From positions 11,538 through 75,537 of the forward strand of contig JALHDC010000003.1 in the NCBI GenBank assembly GCA_022840695.1: 64,000 nt of DNA. The letters run 5' to 3'. The stretch comes from a bacterium. Its GTDB lineage: Bacteria; Patescibacteriota; Dojkabacteria; SC72. Below are positions 49,783 to 59,714 of this stretch, in pieces (the first letter of the stretch is position 1; each line of letters begins with the position of its first letter). Both the position numbers and the translations under genes were made by a program. The notes beneath the pieces were generated by a model. The model saw nothing but the letters and a program-made list of their open reading frames with translations. It was not told the origin of the DNA and made no database searches.

Positions 49783-50913
49783 TTATTTAATAGCTTTTTG
49801 GATTTCTTCCACAGCCTTTGCTCCAATACCCTTAATTCCTAACAAATCCTCTTCAGTCATTCCCTTCAAATCCTTCACTGTAGATATTTTAGAATCCTTA
49901 AGAGATTTTACAGTCCTGGAAGTAAGACCTAGATCCTCTATACTAATAGATCCTTCCTTCTCTTCTTCTGCTGCCTTTATCTCGGCATCTATATCCTTCT
50001 CCTTCTTTACAACTCTTACTACGGACCCAACACTCTCTGCTTTTATCTTTCCTTCTCTCAAAGCCTTCATTCTTTCCCTCTCCTGCTCTTCCATCTTTTC
50101 CCTTCTCTCCTTCTCTTCCTTGTACTCTCTTGCTATCCTTTCTAACTTTGCTTGATGATCTCTTCTCAAAGATATCAAAGAAAGAGATTTTTTAGATTTA
50201 CCAACAACTTCACCAAAAAGATTTACAAACAATGAAATACTCTTTATGGAGTCATCATTTGCAGGAATTGGATAATCTATAATATCTGGATTACAATTCG
50301 TATCTATCAAAGCAATGATTGGAATCCCAACCTTTCTTGCTTCCTTTATTGCATTCTTTTCAACCTGACTATCAACAACAATAACAGCTTCTGGTACTTT
50401 ATCCATAAATTTAATACCTTGATATATTCTATTTAACCTCTCCACATCTCTCTCTATTAACAATCTCTCCTTTTTAACCAAATTTTCTAATCCCCCTGCT
50501 AAATCCTCTTCCATTTTTATCAAACCCTGTACACTTTTCTTAATACCATCATAATTTGTAAATAATCCACCCATCCATCTTTTATTGATATAAAACATAC
50601 CGTTTTCTTCTGCAACCTTCTGCACAATAGAAGCTGCCTGACCCTTAGTCCCAACTATTAAAATATTTCCTCTTTCCGCAAATTTGCTTAATTCTAACAA
50701 TGTACTTTCAAGTATCTCCCTTGTCTTAACAAGATCTATGATATGAATACCATTTCTCTCTTCATATATATACTTCTTCATACGGGGGTTCCATGCACTC
50801 TTCTTATGCCCAAAATGACACCCTGCTTTAAGTAAATCTAGAAGTTCAGGCACCTGAAAACTCTTGTTTTTAGTCTCAGCTTTCTTAGAGACTGTTTCTT
50901 TGACTTCTGTCAT
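49783..50913 (-). CDS. rpsB: 30S ribosomal protein S2 with C-terminal alpha-CTD-like HhH domain
   Basis: AGCHFGH, WNPRM, VGTK, RWMGGLFTN, DTNCNPD, PANDDS. Confidence 0.97.
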   Translation of the reverse strand: MTEVKETVSKKAETKNKSFQVPELLDLLKAGCHFGHKKSAWNPRMKKYIYEERNGIHIIDLVKTREILESTLLELSKFAERGNILIVGTKGQAASIVQKVAEENGMFYINKRWMGGLFTNYDGIKKSVQGLIKMEEDLAGGLENLVKKERLLIERDVERLNRIYQGIKFMDKVPEAVIVVDSQVEKNAIKEARKVGIPIIALIDTNCNPDIIDYPIPANDDSIKSISLFVNLFGEVVGKSKKSLSLISLRRDHQAKLERIAREYKEEKERREKMEEQERERMKALREGKIKAESVGSVVRVVKKEKDIDAEIKAAEEEKEGSISIEDLGLTSRTVKSLKDSKISTVKDLKGMTEEDLLGIKGIGAKAVEEIQKAIK

Positions 50914-50999
50914 AATATTTTTCCTTTCCTTTTATTAATATCTTTGTTGGACTATGTCCAGGATTGGAACAAAGATATATGAGATTAATTATCTGATGG

Positions 51000-51028
51000 A
51001 TTATACAAGTTCAACTTACCTTTGACAA
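51000..51028 (-). promoter_or_regulatory. Sigma70 promoter for rpsB-tsf
   Basis: TTGTCA-17 nt-TATAAT. Confidence 0.65.
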
Positions 51029-51139
51029 GAGCAAAAACCTTAATAATACATACACTATACTCAATTATTTCATCTTTTTTAATATACTATGGGAGAAGAA
51101 TTCATTAAATATTAATCTTTTAAAAAAGGTTTATCATAT

Positions 51140-51775
51140 TTATACCTCAACCCTTCTCCATTCATCCTTCCCTATCACAATATGATCCAACAAATTCAGA
51201 CCTACCAAATCCAATCCTTCCTGTATCCTCCTTGTTAAAACAATATCCTCCTGACTTGGCGAGCAGTCCCCAGAAGGATGATTATGGGCAATAACCACAC
51301 TACTAGCATTAACCTCTAATGCTGGAATTATTATATCCCTTGGCAAAATAGTAACCCCATCCAAACTCCCTATACATATAACTCGCCTATCCAACACTTC
51401 AAATCTTGAATTAAGAAACAAAGCTATTACATACTCCTGCTTCTTTTTCCCAACATCCCTCAAAGCAGCATATGCTTCTTGCGAATTTCTTATATATACC
51501 CTTTCCTTGCTACTCAAATCATACAACCTCCTCCCCAATTCAATACCACACAAAATCCTCATCGCAGTAACTATCCCAACACCATCAACTTTAATAATAT
51601 CAGCTATTTCTAATTCCTTTCCCTCTCTCAACAATCTGCGAATCTTACTTAGAACACCCCTAGCAACACTCAAAAAATCTCTTCCCTTAATTCCACTCCC
51701 CACAAGGATAGCTATTAAATCAATATCACTAAGATTATCAATCCCTTTTTCTAAATATTTCTCTCTTGGTAACAT
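51140..51775 (-). CDS. radC: RadC/JAB-domain protein
   Basis: PREK...G...LSD..LIAIL, HNHPSGD..PS.ED, LLDHIVI. Confidence 0.93.
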   Translation of the reverse strand: MLPREKYLEKGIDNLSDIDLIAILVGSGIKGRDFLSVARGVLSKIRRLLREGKELEIADIIKVDGVGIVTAMRILCGIELGRRLYDLSSKERVYIRNSQEAYAALRDVGKKKQEYVIALFLNSRFEVLDRRVICIGSLDGVTILPRDIIIPALEVNASSVVIAHNHPSGDCSPSQEDIVLTRRIQEGLDLVGLNLLDHIVIGKDEWRRVEV

Positions 51776-51810
51776 AATAACTATCGTATCAGACAGTTAT
51801 TAAAAAAAGA

Positions 51811-53946
51811 TTAACTCTCCTCCTTCTCACCTTTCTTCGCTTTCTTGCTCTTAACTTTCTTAATATATTTACAATTAGGATAATTACTACATCCTGTAAA
51901 TGTCCTTCCCCATTTCCCCCTTCTCTCAACTAAATGATGACCACACTCTGGACACTTTTCATTCAAAAGTAGCGATACTATACCCTTACATTCAGGATAC
52001 TTCTCGCAAGCCCAAAACTTGCCATACTTTCCATTCTTCAATACCATATTACTCTTACACTCTGGACACTCTTTAGGTTTGTAATACTTTTCCATATCCA
52101 ACTCCTCCTCTCCACCACTTAAATCCTTCATTCCCTTACACTCTGGAAATTTTACACAACTCAAAAACTTCCCATACCTACCAACTCTAACCACCATTTC
52201 ACCCCCACACTCTGGACATTTCTCCTCAGATTTTCCAAGTATTACTACATCTTCTTTATGTACATTTTTATCTGCAATACCAATACTCTCCATCAAAGGT
52301 TTATATTCATCATCTATGACCGGAACATACTTCTTCTTCCCCAAAGCTATTTGGTCCAATTCATCCTCAACCTTTGCAGTATACTTATAATCAACTAACC
52401 TTTTAAAATTATCTCTCAAGAAATTCGTTACAACCCTACCAATATCCGTAGGGAATATTGCTCTTGCTTCCATTCCTACATATCCTCTTGCCTGTATAGT
52501 TGAAATGATTGAGGAATATGTAGAAGGCCTACCAATCCCCAATGCTTCAAGCTTTTTAATCAAAGATGCCTCAGTATATCTTGCTGGAGGTTGTGTAAAT
52601 TTCTGCTCATTTATAAACTCTACCTTCTCTAACTCATCTCCTTTTTTAATTTTTTCTATCTCCTGTAATTCATCTTCTTCCTTTTTACTACCCAAGACCT
52701 TTCGAAAACCATCAAAAAGTATCCTTTCCCCACCCATCGTAAAGATATATTCTGGATTTTTTGGCTCCTTAGGTGAAAGTAGCACAGACAAAACCTCAAC
52801 CTCTTTGCTACTCATTTGACTAGATACGGCTCTTTTCCATATTAATTCATACAATTTTGCTGCTGGTTTACCATGCTCTTTTTCAATCTGAGCAAAATCA
52901 ATATTAAAATCGGTTGGCCTTATAGCCTCATGTGCTTCTTGAGCATTCTTAGATCTATTTTTGTAATAGTTAGGCTTCTCAGGGACATATTTCTCACCAT
53001 ATCTATTATTTACTAAGTTTCTAATTTCATCTACTGCTTTATTACTTAAGAAAACAGAATCTGTTCTCATATATGTAATATGACCTGATTGATATAGGGT
53101 CTGGGCCATTCCCATCGTTCTCTTAGATGTATATCCCAGTATATTGTTTGCTGCTTGCTGTAATGTAGAAGTTGTAAATGGAGGATATGCATGCTTACTT
53201 ACATTTCTCTTGGTAACATCCTTAACTAAGAATTTGCTATTACCTATCTTCTTTTCAAATTCTTCTACCTCGTCTTTGCTTACAGGAACATACTTTTTTC
53301 CATCTTTCTTGGCTAATTTGGCTATCAATACACTCTCAGTACTATCCCTTAATTTTACAGATACCTCCCAATACTCTTCTGATTTGAAAGCTTCCCTCTC
53401 CTCTTCTTTTTCTACAACCAACCTTAATGCAACAGATTGAACTCTTCCTGCAGAAAGACCATACCATATCTTTTTCCATATTAATTCAGAAAGTTTATAT
53501 CCCACCAGCCTATCTAAAACTCTTCTAGCCTTCTGTGCTTCTACCAAATCAATATTTACCTCTCCTGGATTTTTAACTGCCTCTTCTACTGCACTTTTTG
53601 TAATTTCGTGAAATGTAACTCTCTTAGGATTCTTCATCCCTGTAACATTTGCAACATGGTATGCAATAGCTTCTCCCTCCCTATCAGGGTCCATTGCAAG
53701 ATATACATTTCCCCCCTTGGGAATGGCTCTTTTTATCTCTTTTATAACTTTCGCTTTACCATATATGGTCTCTAATTGAGGTTCATAATTGTTATCTATA
53801 TCGACACCTAATTTACTCTTAGGAAGATCTATTACATGCCCAACTGTAGCGACAACTTTAAAATCAGTACCTAGATACTTATTTATAGTTTTAGCTTTGG
53901 AAGGAGACTCCACTATCAACAAATTTTTATATTTCTTATCAGCCAT
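51811..53946 (-). CDS. topA: DNA topoisomerase I
   Basis: IVESPSKAKTI, DPDREGE, SAGRVQS, ITYMRTD, GIGRPSTY, three C4 zinc ribbons. Confidence 0.98.
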   Translation of the reverse strand: MADKKYKNLLIVESPSKAKTINKYLGTDFKVVATVGHVIDLPKSKLGVDIDNNYEPQLETIYGKAKVIKEIKRAIPKGGNVYLAMDPDREGEAIAYHVANVTGMKNPKRVTFHEITKSAVEEAVKNPGEVNIDLVEAQKARRVLDRLVGYKLSELIWKKIWYGLSAGRVQSVALRLVVEKEEEREAFKSEEYWEVSVKLRDSTESVLIAKLAKKDGKKYVPVSKDEVEEFEKKIGNSKFLVKDVTKRNVSKHAYPPFTTSTLQQAANNILGYTSKRTMGMAQTLYQSGHITYMRTDSVFLSNKAVDEIRNLVNNRYGEKYVPEKPNYYKNRSKNAQEAHEAIRPTDFNIDFAQIEKEHGKPAAKLYELIWKRAVSSQMSSKEVEVLSVLLSPKEPKNPEYIFTMGGERILFDGFRKVLGSKKEEDELQEIEKIKKGDELEKVEFINEQKFTQPPARYTEASLIKKLEALGIGRPSTYSSIISTIQARGYVGMEARAIFPTDIGRVVTNFLRDNFKRLVDYKYTAKVEDELDQIALGKKKYVPVIDDEYKPLMESIGIADKNVHKEDVVILGKSEEKCPECGGEMVVRVGRYGKFLSCVKFPECKGMKDLSGGEEELDMEKYYKPKECPECKSNMVLKNGKYGKFWACEKYPECKGIVSLLLNEKCPECGHHLVERRGKWGRTFTGCSNYPNCKYIKKVKSKKAKKGEKEES

Positions 53947-54009
53947 AGGTTTAAAATACCTTAATTATCTTACACTTGTCAATTTGTTCATTTTCCTTAT
54001 ACATCCAAT

Positions 54010-54675
54010 TTAGACTTTTAACAATACTTGATCATTTTCAATTCCACATACCTCTTTGAAATCAGCCAAACATGTAATTATCCCTGCCCCCATACTAGCA
54101 AGCAAGTTACAACCATGTGACATATTATTGTTGATATTACCAGGAATAATATACAAATCCCTGTTAAATTCTACAGCAAAATTCGCAGTTATTAACGAAC
54201 CACTTCCAATACCTGCTTCGACAACAATCACTGAATCAGAGATTCCAGCAAGTAGTCGATTTCTCAAAACAAACATCTCTTTTCCTAAAACCGTACCTTC
54301 AGGATACTCTGCTAGAATTAATCCTTTTTGTTTTAATTGATTAAATATTTCAAGATTACATTTGGGTATAGCCGAATTGATAGATCCAGGAACAATGGCT
54401 ATGGTACTAATACCTCTTTGCAAACATGTTTGATGCACATATGCATCAACTCCTCTTGCTAATCCACTTACAATTGCAATATCCAATTCTACCAAGAATT
54501 TTCCTAATAGATGATCTATGCACCATTTCCCATACTCTGTAATATTCCTAGTTCCTACAAAGGTTATACATCTTTTTTTAAGCAATGATGTATCTCCTTC
54601 ATAGAAAAGATGCTTTGGAAACCTATTCAATCCATCAAAAATTATCGGAAATGTAATAATCGAGGAATCTTTCAT
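54010..54675 (-). CDS. dprA: DNA-processing protein DprA (core domain only)
   Basis: VGTR, VSGLARGVD, RNRLLAG, VVEA...SGSLITA. Confidence 0.9.
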   Translation of the reverse strand: MKDSSIITFPIIFDGLNRFPKHLFYEGDTSLLKKRCITFVGTRNITEYGKWCIDHLLGKFLVELDIAIVSGLARGVDAYVHQTCLQRGISTIAIVPGSINSAIPKCNLEIFNQLKQKGLILAEYPEGTVLGKEMFVLRNRLLAGISDSVIVVEAGIGSGSLITANFAVEFNRDLYIIPGNINNNMSHGCNLLASMGAGIITCLADFKEVCGIENDQVLLKV

Positions 54676-54703
54676 TCTCCATTATTACAAACAATTATGA
54701 ACT

Positions 54704-56722
54704 TTAGATTAAATCATTCTGAATTATCCATTCAATCATCTCTTTTGTTGTCCTGACTGCATTTATACTTTCTCCTCCATCTTCCAAGAAAATAGTGACT
54801 GCATATTTAGGATTTTCAAATGGGAAAAATGATGTAGTCCAAGCATGAGTATTCTCATACACACCATCTTTATTCAATGCTCCAAACTCCGCTGTACCTG
54901 TTTTAGCAGCTACTTTCACTTGCATCCCTGCAAGAGTCTTAATTGTTGCTCTGGAACCATTTACAGCTGACCACATACCCTCCCTTACAGTCTTTAGAGT
55001 CTCTTTTGAAGCTACATTGGTATATAGGGGATTGAATTCTAATGTTTCTCTTTCTTTTTTCTCATCAAGGAAATAATCTCCTACATGAGGTGTGTAAAGT
55101 GTACCTCCATTTGCTATTGCAGAGGTCCAATTTACCATTTGCAAAGGAGTAACTAAGGTTATTCCCTGACCAATTACTGAGTTGCAAGCATCTCCTTCTG
55201 GATACCAAACAGGATCTAACCATGGACTAGTAGTATTTGCCAATGCTATCTTGTTTGCAGGAGAAGGAACCCTACCTAATGCTTCTCCAGGAATATCTAT
55301 TCCTGTATATTGCCCAATCCCAAATTTTTCTAAATATGGAACTAATTCATTCATGTCCCAATTTCTAATAAGTTCACAGAAATATATATTCGAGGATACT
55401 GATATTGCATCTATCAAATTCAAAGCTCCGTATGCAGAATTCCTATAATCCTGGAATGGAGCTCCACTAGAAAATGTATACCCTCTTCTACTTACATAGA
55501 TTGTATTTTTTGTTATTACACCAGCTTCCAATCCTCCAACTGCCACCAATGTTTTAAATGTAGAACCTGGAGGCATCTGAGCAGCTATAGCCCTATTCAA
55601 TAATGGATTTCCCGGATTAGTTAATAAAGAAGAGTATTCTACTGAAGAGATTCCTCCAATAAAAAGATTGTTATCATAGCTTGGGAAAGAAACTATTGCT
55701 AAAATTTCACCACTATTTGGATCCTGAACTATCCCTGCTCCACCAACTGCCTCATACTCCCTTACAGCTTTCTCCATTATCTGGTACAAACTTTTTTGCA
55801 TTTCCAAATCTATAGTTAGATATAGATTCTTTCCGGATATTGGCTCTTTTATGATATAACCATCCTTCGAAATCGTTCGACCAATAGCATCTACTTCCCA
55901 AGCAATTTCTCCTGATTCACCTAATAGCTTCTCATCATATTCTCTTTCTAATCCCGTTCTACCAATAACATCAGTTGCTTGAACATAATCTAATCTATCA
56001 ATATCTTCTGCAGAGACAGTTCCTGTATATCCTAATATATGAGAAAGTATTTCTCTTTCTGGATACACCCTTTTATTCCCGTTATCAATGTATACACCAG
56101 GCAATTCCTCTGCTCTGGCCTTAATTTTAATTGCAGTATCATTATCTATATCTGTGGCAATCAATATTTCCGTAAAATATGGACTTTCTTTATGCACAAA
56201 GTAGATTTTTTCTGATATTGAGTTGTACTTTTGAATACCATACTCGTCCTCCTTCTCCCAATTATCTCCCAATATACCCCCCAGGGCATTACTGGAATTC
56301 TCGATAAGTTCTGTATCTATAAATCCATCTTTATCTAAATAATGCTCTAGTGCCAAATATACATTCATAGAGGACTCATTTGCTACCAATTTTTTACCAT
56401 TTCTATCAAATATAACCCCTCTATAAGCTGGGACTCTTCTAATCTTTATTTGATTCTGTTCCGATTTAACCAACATTTCATCCCCATGAACAATCTGCAA
56501 AGACGAAAGTTCTACTATCAACACCGAAAACAGAAGTAGAAAGAGCAAAAAGAGCAATATATAATTCCATCTTAGATCATGCTTTTCTAAAGAAGGCTCT
56601 AGAAGAGATTTTTTAATGTTTTTTGTCATATACCCTACATCAAAAAGCCTTTGTCCATCAAAGGAAGAAGCCCTTTTTCTTCCCTTTCCCTCGTTTAATT
56701 TTTTTGAAATCTTTAAATTCAT
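54704..56722 (-). CDS. mrdA: Penicillin-binding protein 2
   Basis: TM, RGVIFDRNG, GSTFK (SxxK), SSN, KTGT; follows mreBCD. Confidence 0.9.
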   Translation of the reverse strand: MNLKISKKLNEGKGRKRASSFDGQRLFDVGYMTKNIKKSLLEPSLEKHDLRWNYILLFLLFLLLFSVLIVELSSLQIVHGDEMLVKSEQNQIKIRRVPAYRGVIFDRNGKKLVANESSMNVYLALEHYLDKDGFIDTELIENSSNALGGILGDNWEKEDEYGIQKYNSISEKIYFVHKESPYFTEILIATDIDNDTAIKIKARAEELPGVYIDNGNKRVYPEREILSHILGYTGTVSAEDIDRLDYVQATDVIGRTGLEREYDEKLLGESGEIAWEVDAIGRTISKDGYIIKEPISGKNLYLTIDLEMQKSLYQIMEKAVREYEAVGGAGIVQDPNSGEILAIVSFPSYDNNLFIGGISSVEYSSLLTNPGNPLLNRAIAAQMPPGSTFKTLVAVGGLEAGVITKNTIYVSRRGYTFSSGAPFQDYRNSAYGALNLIDAISVSSNIYFCELIRNWDMNELVPYLEKFGIGQYTGIDIPGEALGRVPSPANKIALANTTSPWLDPVWYPEGDACNSVIGQGITLVTPLQMVNWTSAIANGGTLYTPHVGDYFLDEKKERETLEFNPLYTNVASKETLKTVREGMWSAVNGSRATIKTLAGMQVKVAAKTGTAEFGALNKDGVYENTHAWTTSFFPFENPKYAVTIFLEDGGESINAVRTTKEMIEWIIQNDLI

Positions 56723-56725
56723 TCT

Positions 56726-57226
56726 TTATTTTAACCTAATCTTAGAACTATCTCCCCTCTTTCTAAAACTAGCGAATATATATTCCAGAAGAACTAATAG
56801 AAAAGTACTAAGTACTCCCTTTAAGAAAGAAAATGCCACATCCTTAAAGGAAAGAATCCCAAATCTCCCATCTACGAAAAATTCAGGACAGATTTTTAAC
56901 AGAATATAGTAGATTGACAATATAAACACTCGAATCGAAAATCCAGTTATATCAGAATCGGTAGAAAAGAAGAATGAACCTAATACTAAAAGACCTAAAG
57001 TTACTCCTCCCATCAACAAATTACTTCCCATTGGGAGATTTCCTACGACATCTGATATAGAGAACAGGATTATAAAGATAACAAGAAGAACTTTCCAATC
57101 AACCTTTTTGAAAAGAAAAAATAAGAGGATAATTGTTAATTGGAAGCTAAACATACCTACAAAAAAGTTTTCTATAAAAACGAAAAGAAACATCCCAACT
57201 ATTATTGCCAATATATTTAAAAACAT
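56726..57226 (-). CDS. mreD: MreD-like membrane protein
   Basis: 166 aa, about 5 TM helices, between mreC and pbp2 (positional call). Confidence 0.6.
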   Translation of the reverse strand: MFLNILAIIVGMFLFVFIENFFVGMFSFQLTIILLFFLFKKVDWKVLLVIFIILFSISDVVGNLPMGSNLLMGGVTLGLLVLGSFFFSTDSDITGFSIRVFILSIYYILLKICPEFFVDGRFGILSFKDVAFSFLKGVLSTFLLVLLEYIFASFRKRGDSSKIRLK

Positions 57227-57243
57227 TCCTATACAATTACAAA

Positions 57244-58074
57244 TTAATGATCGGTTCTTACAAAAACAGTAATTAATTTATCATAATCCACTATAGTAGA
57301 AACATAGCCGCTTCTTGATGTTGCTGCCGGATTTTCTGAGAGACCAACCAAGTAACCTAAAACTAAATATTCCCCTACTTTAGTATCATTAACAATTACA
57401 ACATCTCCATTTTTCAAATCGGCCTCCATCGACATATTCTCAATTCGGATACCATCCAAGGAACCTTTTACGACACCTTTAGACAAAGCATTAAAATTAT
57501 CCAAAATTCTGACCTCTTCAATCCCTCCCTTCACTATTACAACCTCTAAATTGCTACTATTACTGCTTGGAAGCCTTACTAGAGAGCCTTCTCTGTCAAC
57601 TCTAGTAACTATACCAACAAACATGTTACCCCAAACTACAACATCTCCAACTGCAATCCCTGAACTTTCTCCCTTATTTATTCTAATAATTTCATAATCA
57701 CCACCACTTAAAACCTTGGCCATTACATAAGCACTATTTGAACCTCCTAATGATATTTGTCTTTTTAGAGATTCATTCTCTTCCTTTAGAAGTATGAAAA
57801 ATGAATTTTCCACCTCTTTTTGGTATATATCTATACTTAATTCATTATATTCCTTTCTAAATTCATTAAGCCTCACAAAAGTTTCCAGATATTCTTTTCC
57901 CTCTCCCCCTATCCTATTACCCTCATATGCAACAGGTTGCATTACAAAAGAAATTCCGGATCTTACAAAATTCAAAATTCCAAGAGTATCCGAGAGAAAA
58001 AAAACAATTCCAATAAATATACAAAAAAGAGGAAAAAAATATTCTTTTGACAGTTGTTTATTATTAGATTTCAT
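57244..58074 (-). CDS. mreC: Rod shape protein MreC
   Basis: TM, coiled coil (EENESLKRQ), INKG...GI..GD.V. Confidence 0.88.
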   Translation of the reverse strand: MKSNNKQLSKEYFFPLFCIFIGIVFFLSDTLGILNFVRSGISFVMQPVAYEGNRIGGEGKEYLETFVRLNEFRKEYNELSIDIYQKEVENSFFILLKEENESLKRQISLGGSNSAYVMAKVLSGGDYEIIRINKGESSGIAVGDVVVWGNMFVGIVTRVDREGSLVRLPSSNSSNLEVVIVKGGIEEVRILDNFNALSKGVVKGSLDGIRIENMSMEADLKNGDVVIVNDTKVGEYLVLGYLVGLSENPAATSRSGYVSTIVDYDKLITVFVRTDH

Positions 58075-58089
58075 AATACATAATAAAGG

Positions 58090-59145
58090 TTAAACCAACT
58101 CTTCCCAAGATTTTTGCACTCTCTCAAGTAGATCGATATGGTCTAACATCAGAGCAGTACCCCTCGCAACAGTGGAAAGAGGATCTTCTACAATATTTAT
58201 GGGGATATTCAATTCCTTAGCCCAGAAAGCGTCCAAACCCCTAATTAATGCTCCACCTCCAGTTAAGCTAACTCCCGTTGTCAATAAATCCTTTAAAAGC
58301 TCTGGGGGCGTTTCCTCTATTGCATCCTTAACAGATTCTGTAATTATCGATATGGAGTTCATTATCGCCTCCCTAACCTCTATACTACTTAAATCTATAC
58401 TCTTTGGAAGACCCGTTAAAAGATCTCTCCCTTGCACATTCATTTTTTTCTCCTTCTTCATAGGCATTGCAGAACCCATAGATATTTTAATATCTTCCGC
58501 CGTTCTCTCCCCTATCAAAATATTGTATTTGCTACGAATATAATTAATTATATCTTCATCCATTTCATCACCAGCTATCTTCATTGTCTTATCTACAACA
58601 ATATCCCCGAGTGAGAAAATGGCTATATCTGTCGTACCTCCACCAACATCGATAATCATACTACCGGATGCATCCTCGATTGGTAGACCCGCCCCTATGG
58701 CTGCAGCCATAGCTTCCTCAACAATGAAAACTTCCCTAGCACCAGCTGTTTTTGCAGCATCAATGACTGCCTGTCTTTCCACCTCTGTGACAGAAGAAGG
58801 AATACCCACTATTACTCTAGGTCTAGGGATCTTAATTCCTTTTCCGAAATAATTATGTGCTTTATGGATAAAATGATGAATCATTGCCTGGGTAGTATCG
58901 AAATCAGATATCACTCCGTCTTTTAAAGGCCTAATGGCAACAATATTTGCAGGAGTTCTTCCAATCATCTGCCTTGCCTCTTTACCAACAGCAAGAATAG
59001 TTTTAGTTCTCTTTTCGATAGCGACAACGGAAGGCTCCGAAACAACAATACCATGATTTCGCATATATACCATAGTATTTGCAGTTCCAAGGTCTATCCC
59101 TAGATCATATGTGACTAATCCCCAAAGAGAATCAAAAAATTTCAT
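58090..59145 (-). CDS. mreB: Rod shape protein MreB
   Basis: GIDLGTAN, RPLKDGVI, DVGGGTT, LTGGGAL. Confidence 0.98.
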   Translation of the reverse strand: MKFFDSLWGLVTYDLGIDLGTANTMVYMRNHGIVVSEPSVVAIEKRTKTILAVGKEARQMIGRTPANIVAIRPLKDGVISDFDTTQAMIHHFIHKAHNYFGKGIKIPRPRVIVGIPSSVTEVERQAVIDAAKTAGAREVFIVEEAMAAAIGAGLPIEDASGSMIIDVGGGTTDIAIFSLGDIVVDKTMKIAGDEMDEDIINYIRSKYNILIGERTAEDIKISMGSAMPMKKEKKMNVQGRDLLTGLPKSIDLSSIEVREAIMNSISIITESVKDAIEETPPELLKDLLTTGVSLTGGGALIRGLDAFWAKELNIPINIVEDPLSTVARGTALMLDHIDLLERVQKSWEELV

Positions 59146-59190
59146 AATTAAAGAGATTCTATCATTTAGGAAAGATAATGACGAGAGGTA

Positions 59191-59415
59191 CTACTCTGCT
59201 AAAAGTGTCGCTTCCTTCTTAAGCTTTTTATAGCACTTCATACAAGCAGATACCTTTGTTAATCTACCATCAACTTCCACCTCTATATTTCTTAGATTTG
59301 GTTTAAACTGCCTCTTGGATTTAGGAGCCTTATATCTCCATCCTACTGAGTGCTTATGTTGTATTCTGTTTCCAGCTACTGTGGCTTTACCACAAATTTC
59401 GCATAATTTTGACAT
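59191..59415 (-). CDS. rpmB: 50S ribosomal protein L28
   Basis: CEICGK...GN...KRQFKPNL...CMKC. Confidence 0.93.
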   Translation of the reverse strand: MSKLCEICGKATVAGNRIQHKHSVGWRYKAPKSKRQFKPNLRNIEVEVDGRLTKVSACMKCYKKLKKEATLLAE

Positions 59416-59424
59416 GATGGAGGT

Positions 59425-59453
59425 ATTATATCACCTCATCCCCCGAGGTTCAA
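59425..59453 (-). promoter_or_regulatory. Sigma70 promoter for rpmB
   Basis: TTGAAC-17 nt-TATAAT with TG extension, 9 nt before the ATG. Confidence 0.7.
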
Positions 59454-59522
59454 CTTAGGTCATACATATCGAAAAGCCTTATACAATAACCATACAGAAG
59501 GCTCTACCAAAGTCAACTCTTT

Positions 59523-59714
59523 ATACAAGAAAATAATCTTGTTACAACAACACTCTTGTGTACAGAATAAAGGTCTGACCTAGGTCTTACCTTCGTGCGT
59601 TTAAATTGCCAGAAGGTCATACAAGAAAATAATCTTGTTACAACAACACTCTTGTGTACAGAATAAAGGTCTGACCTAGGTCTTACCTTCGTGCGTTTAA
59701 ATTGCCAGAAGGTC
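59523..59714. repeat. Perfect 96-bp tandem duplication (59523-59618 and 59619-59714), each copy holding the REP-like doublet AGGTCTGACCTAGGTCTTACCT (59571-59592, 59667-59688)
   Basis: Direct base comparison; the unit includes the last 18 nt of the RT gene. Confidence 0.92.

Noticed and set aside
234-58852. Numerous 60-155 aa ORFs antisense to or nested in long genes
   Set aside because: They have no recognisable motifs and lie within well-supported genes.
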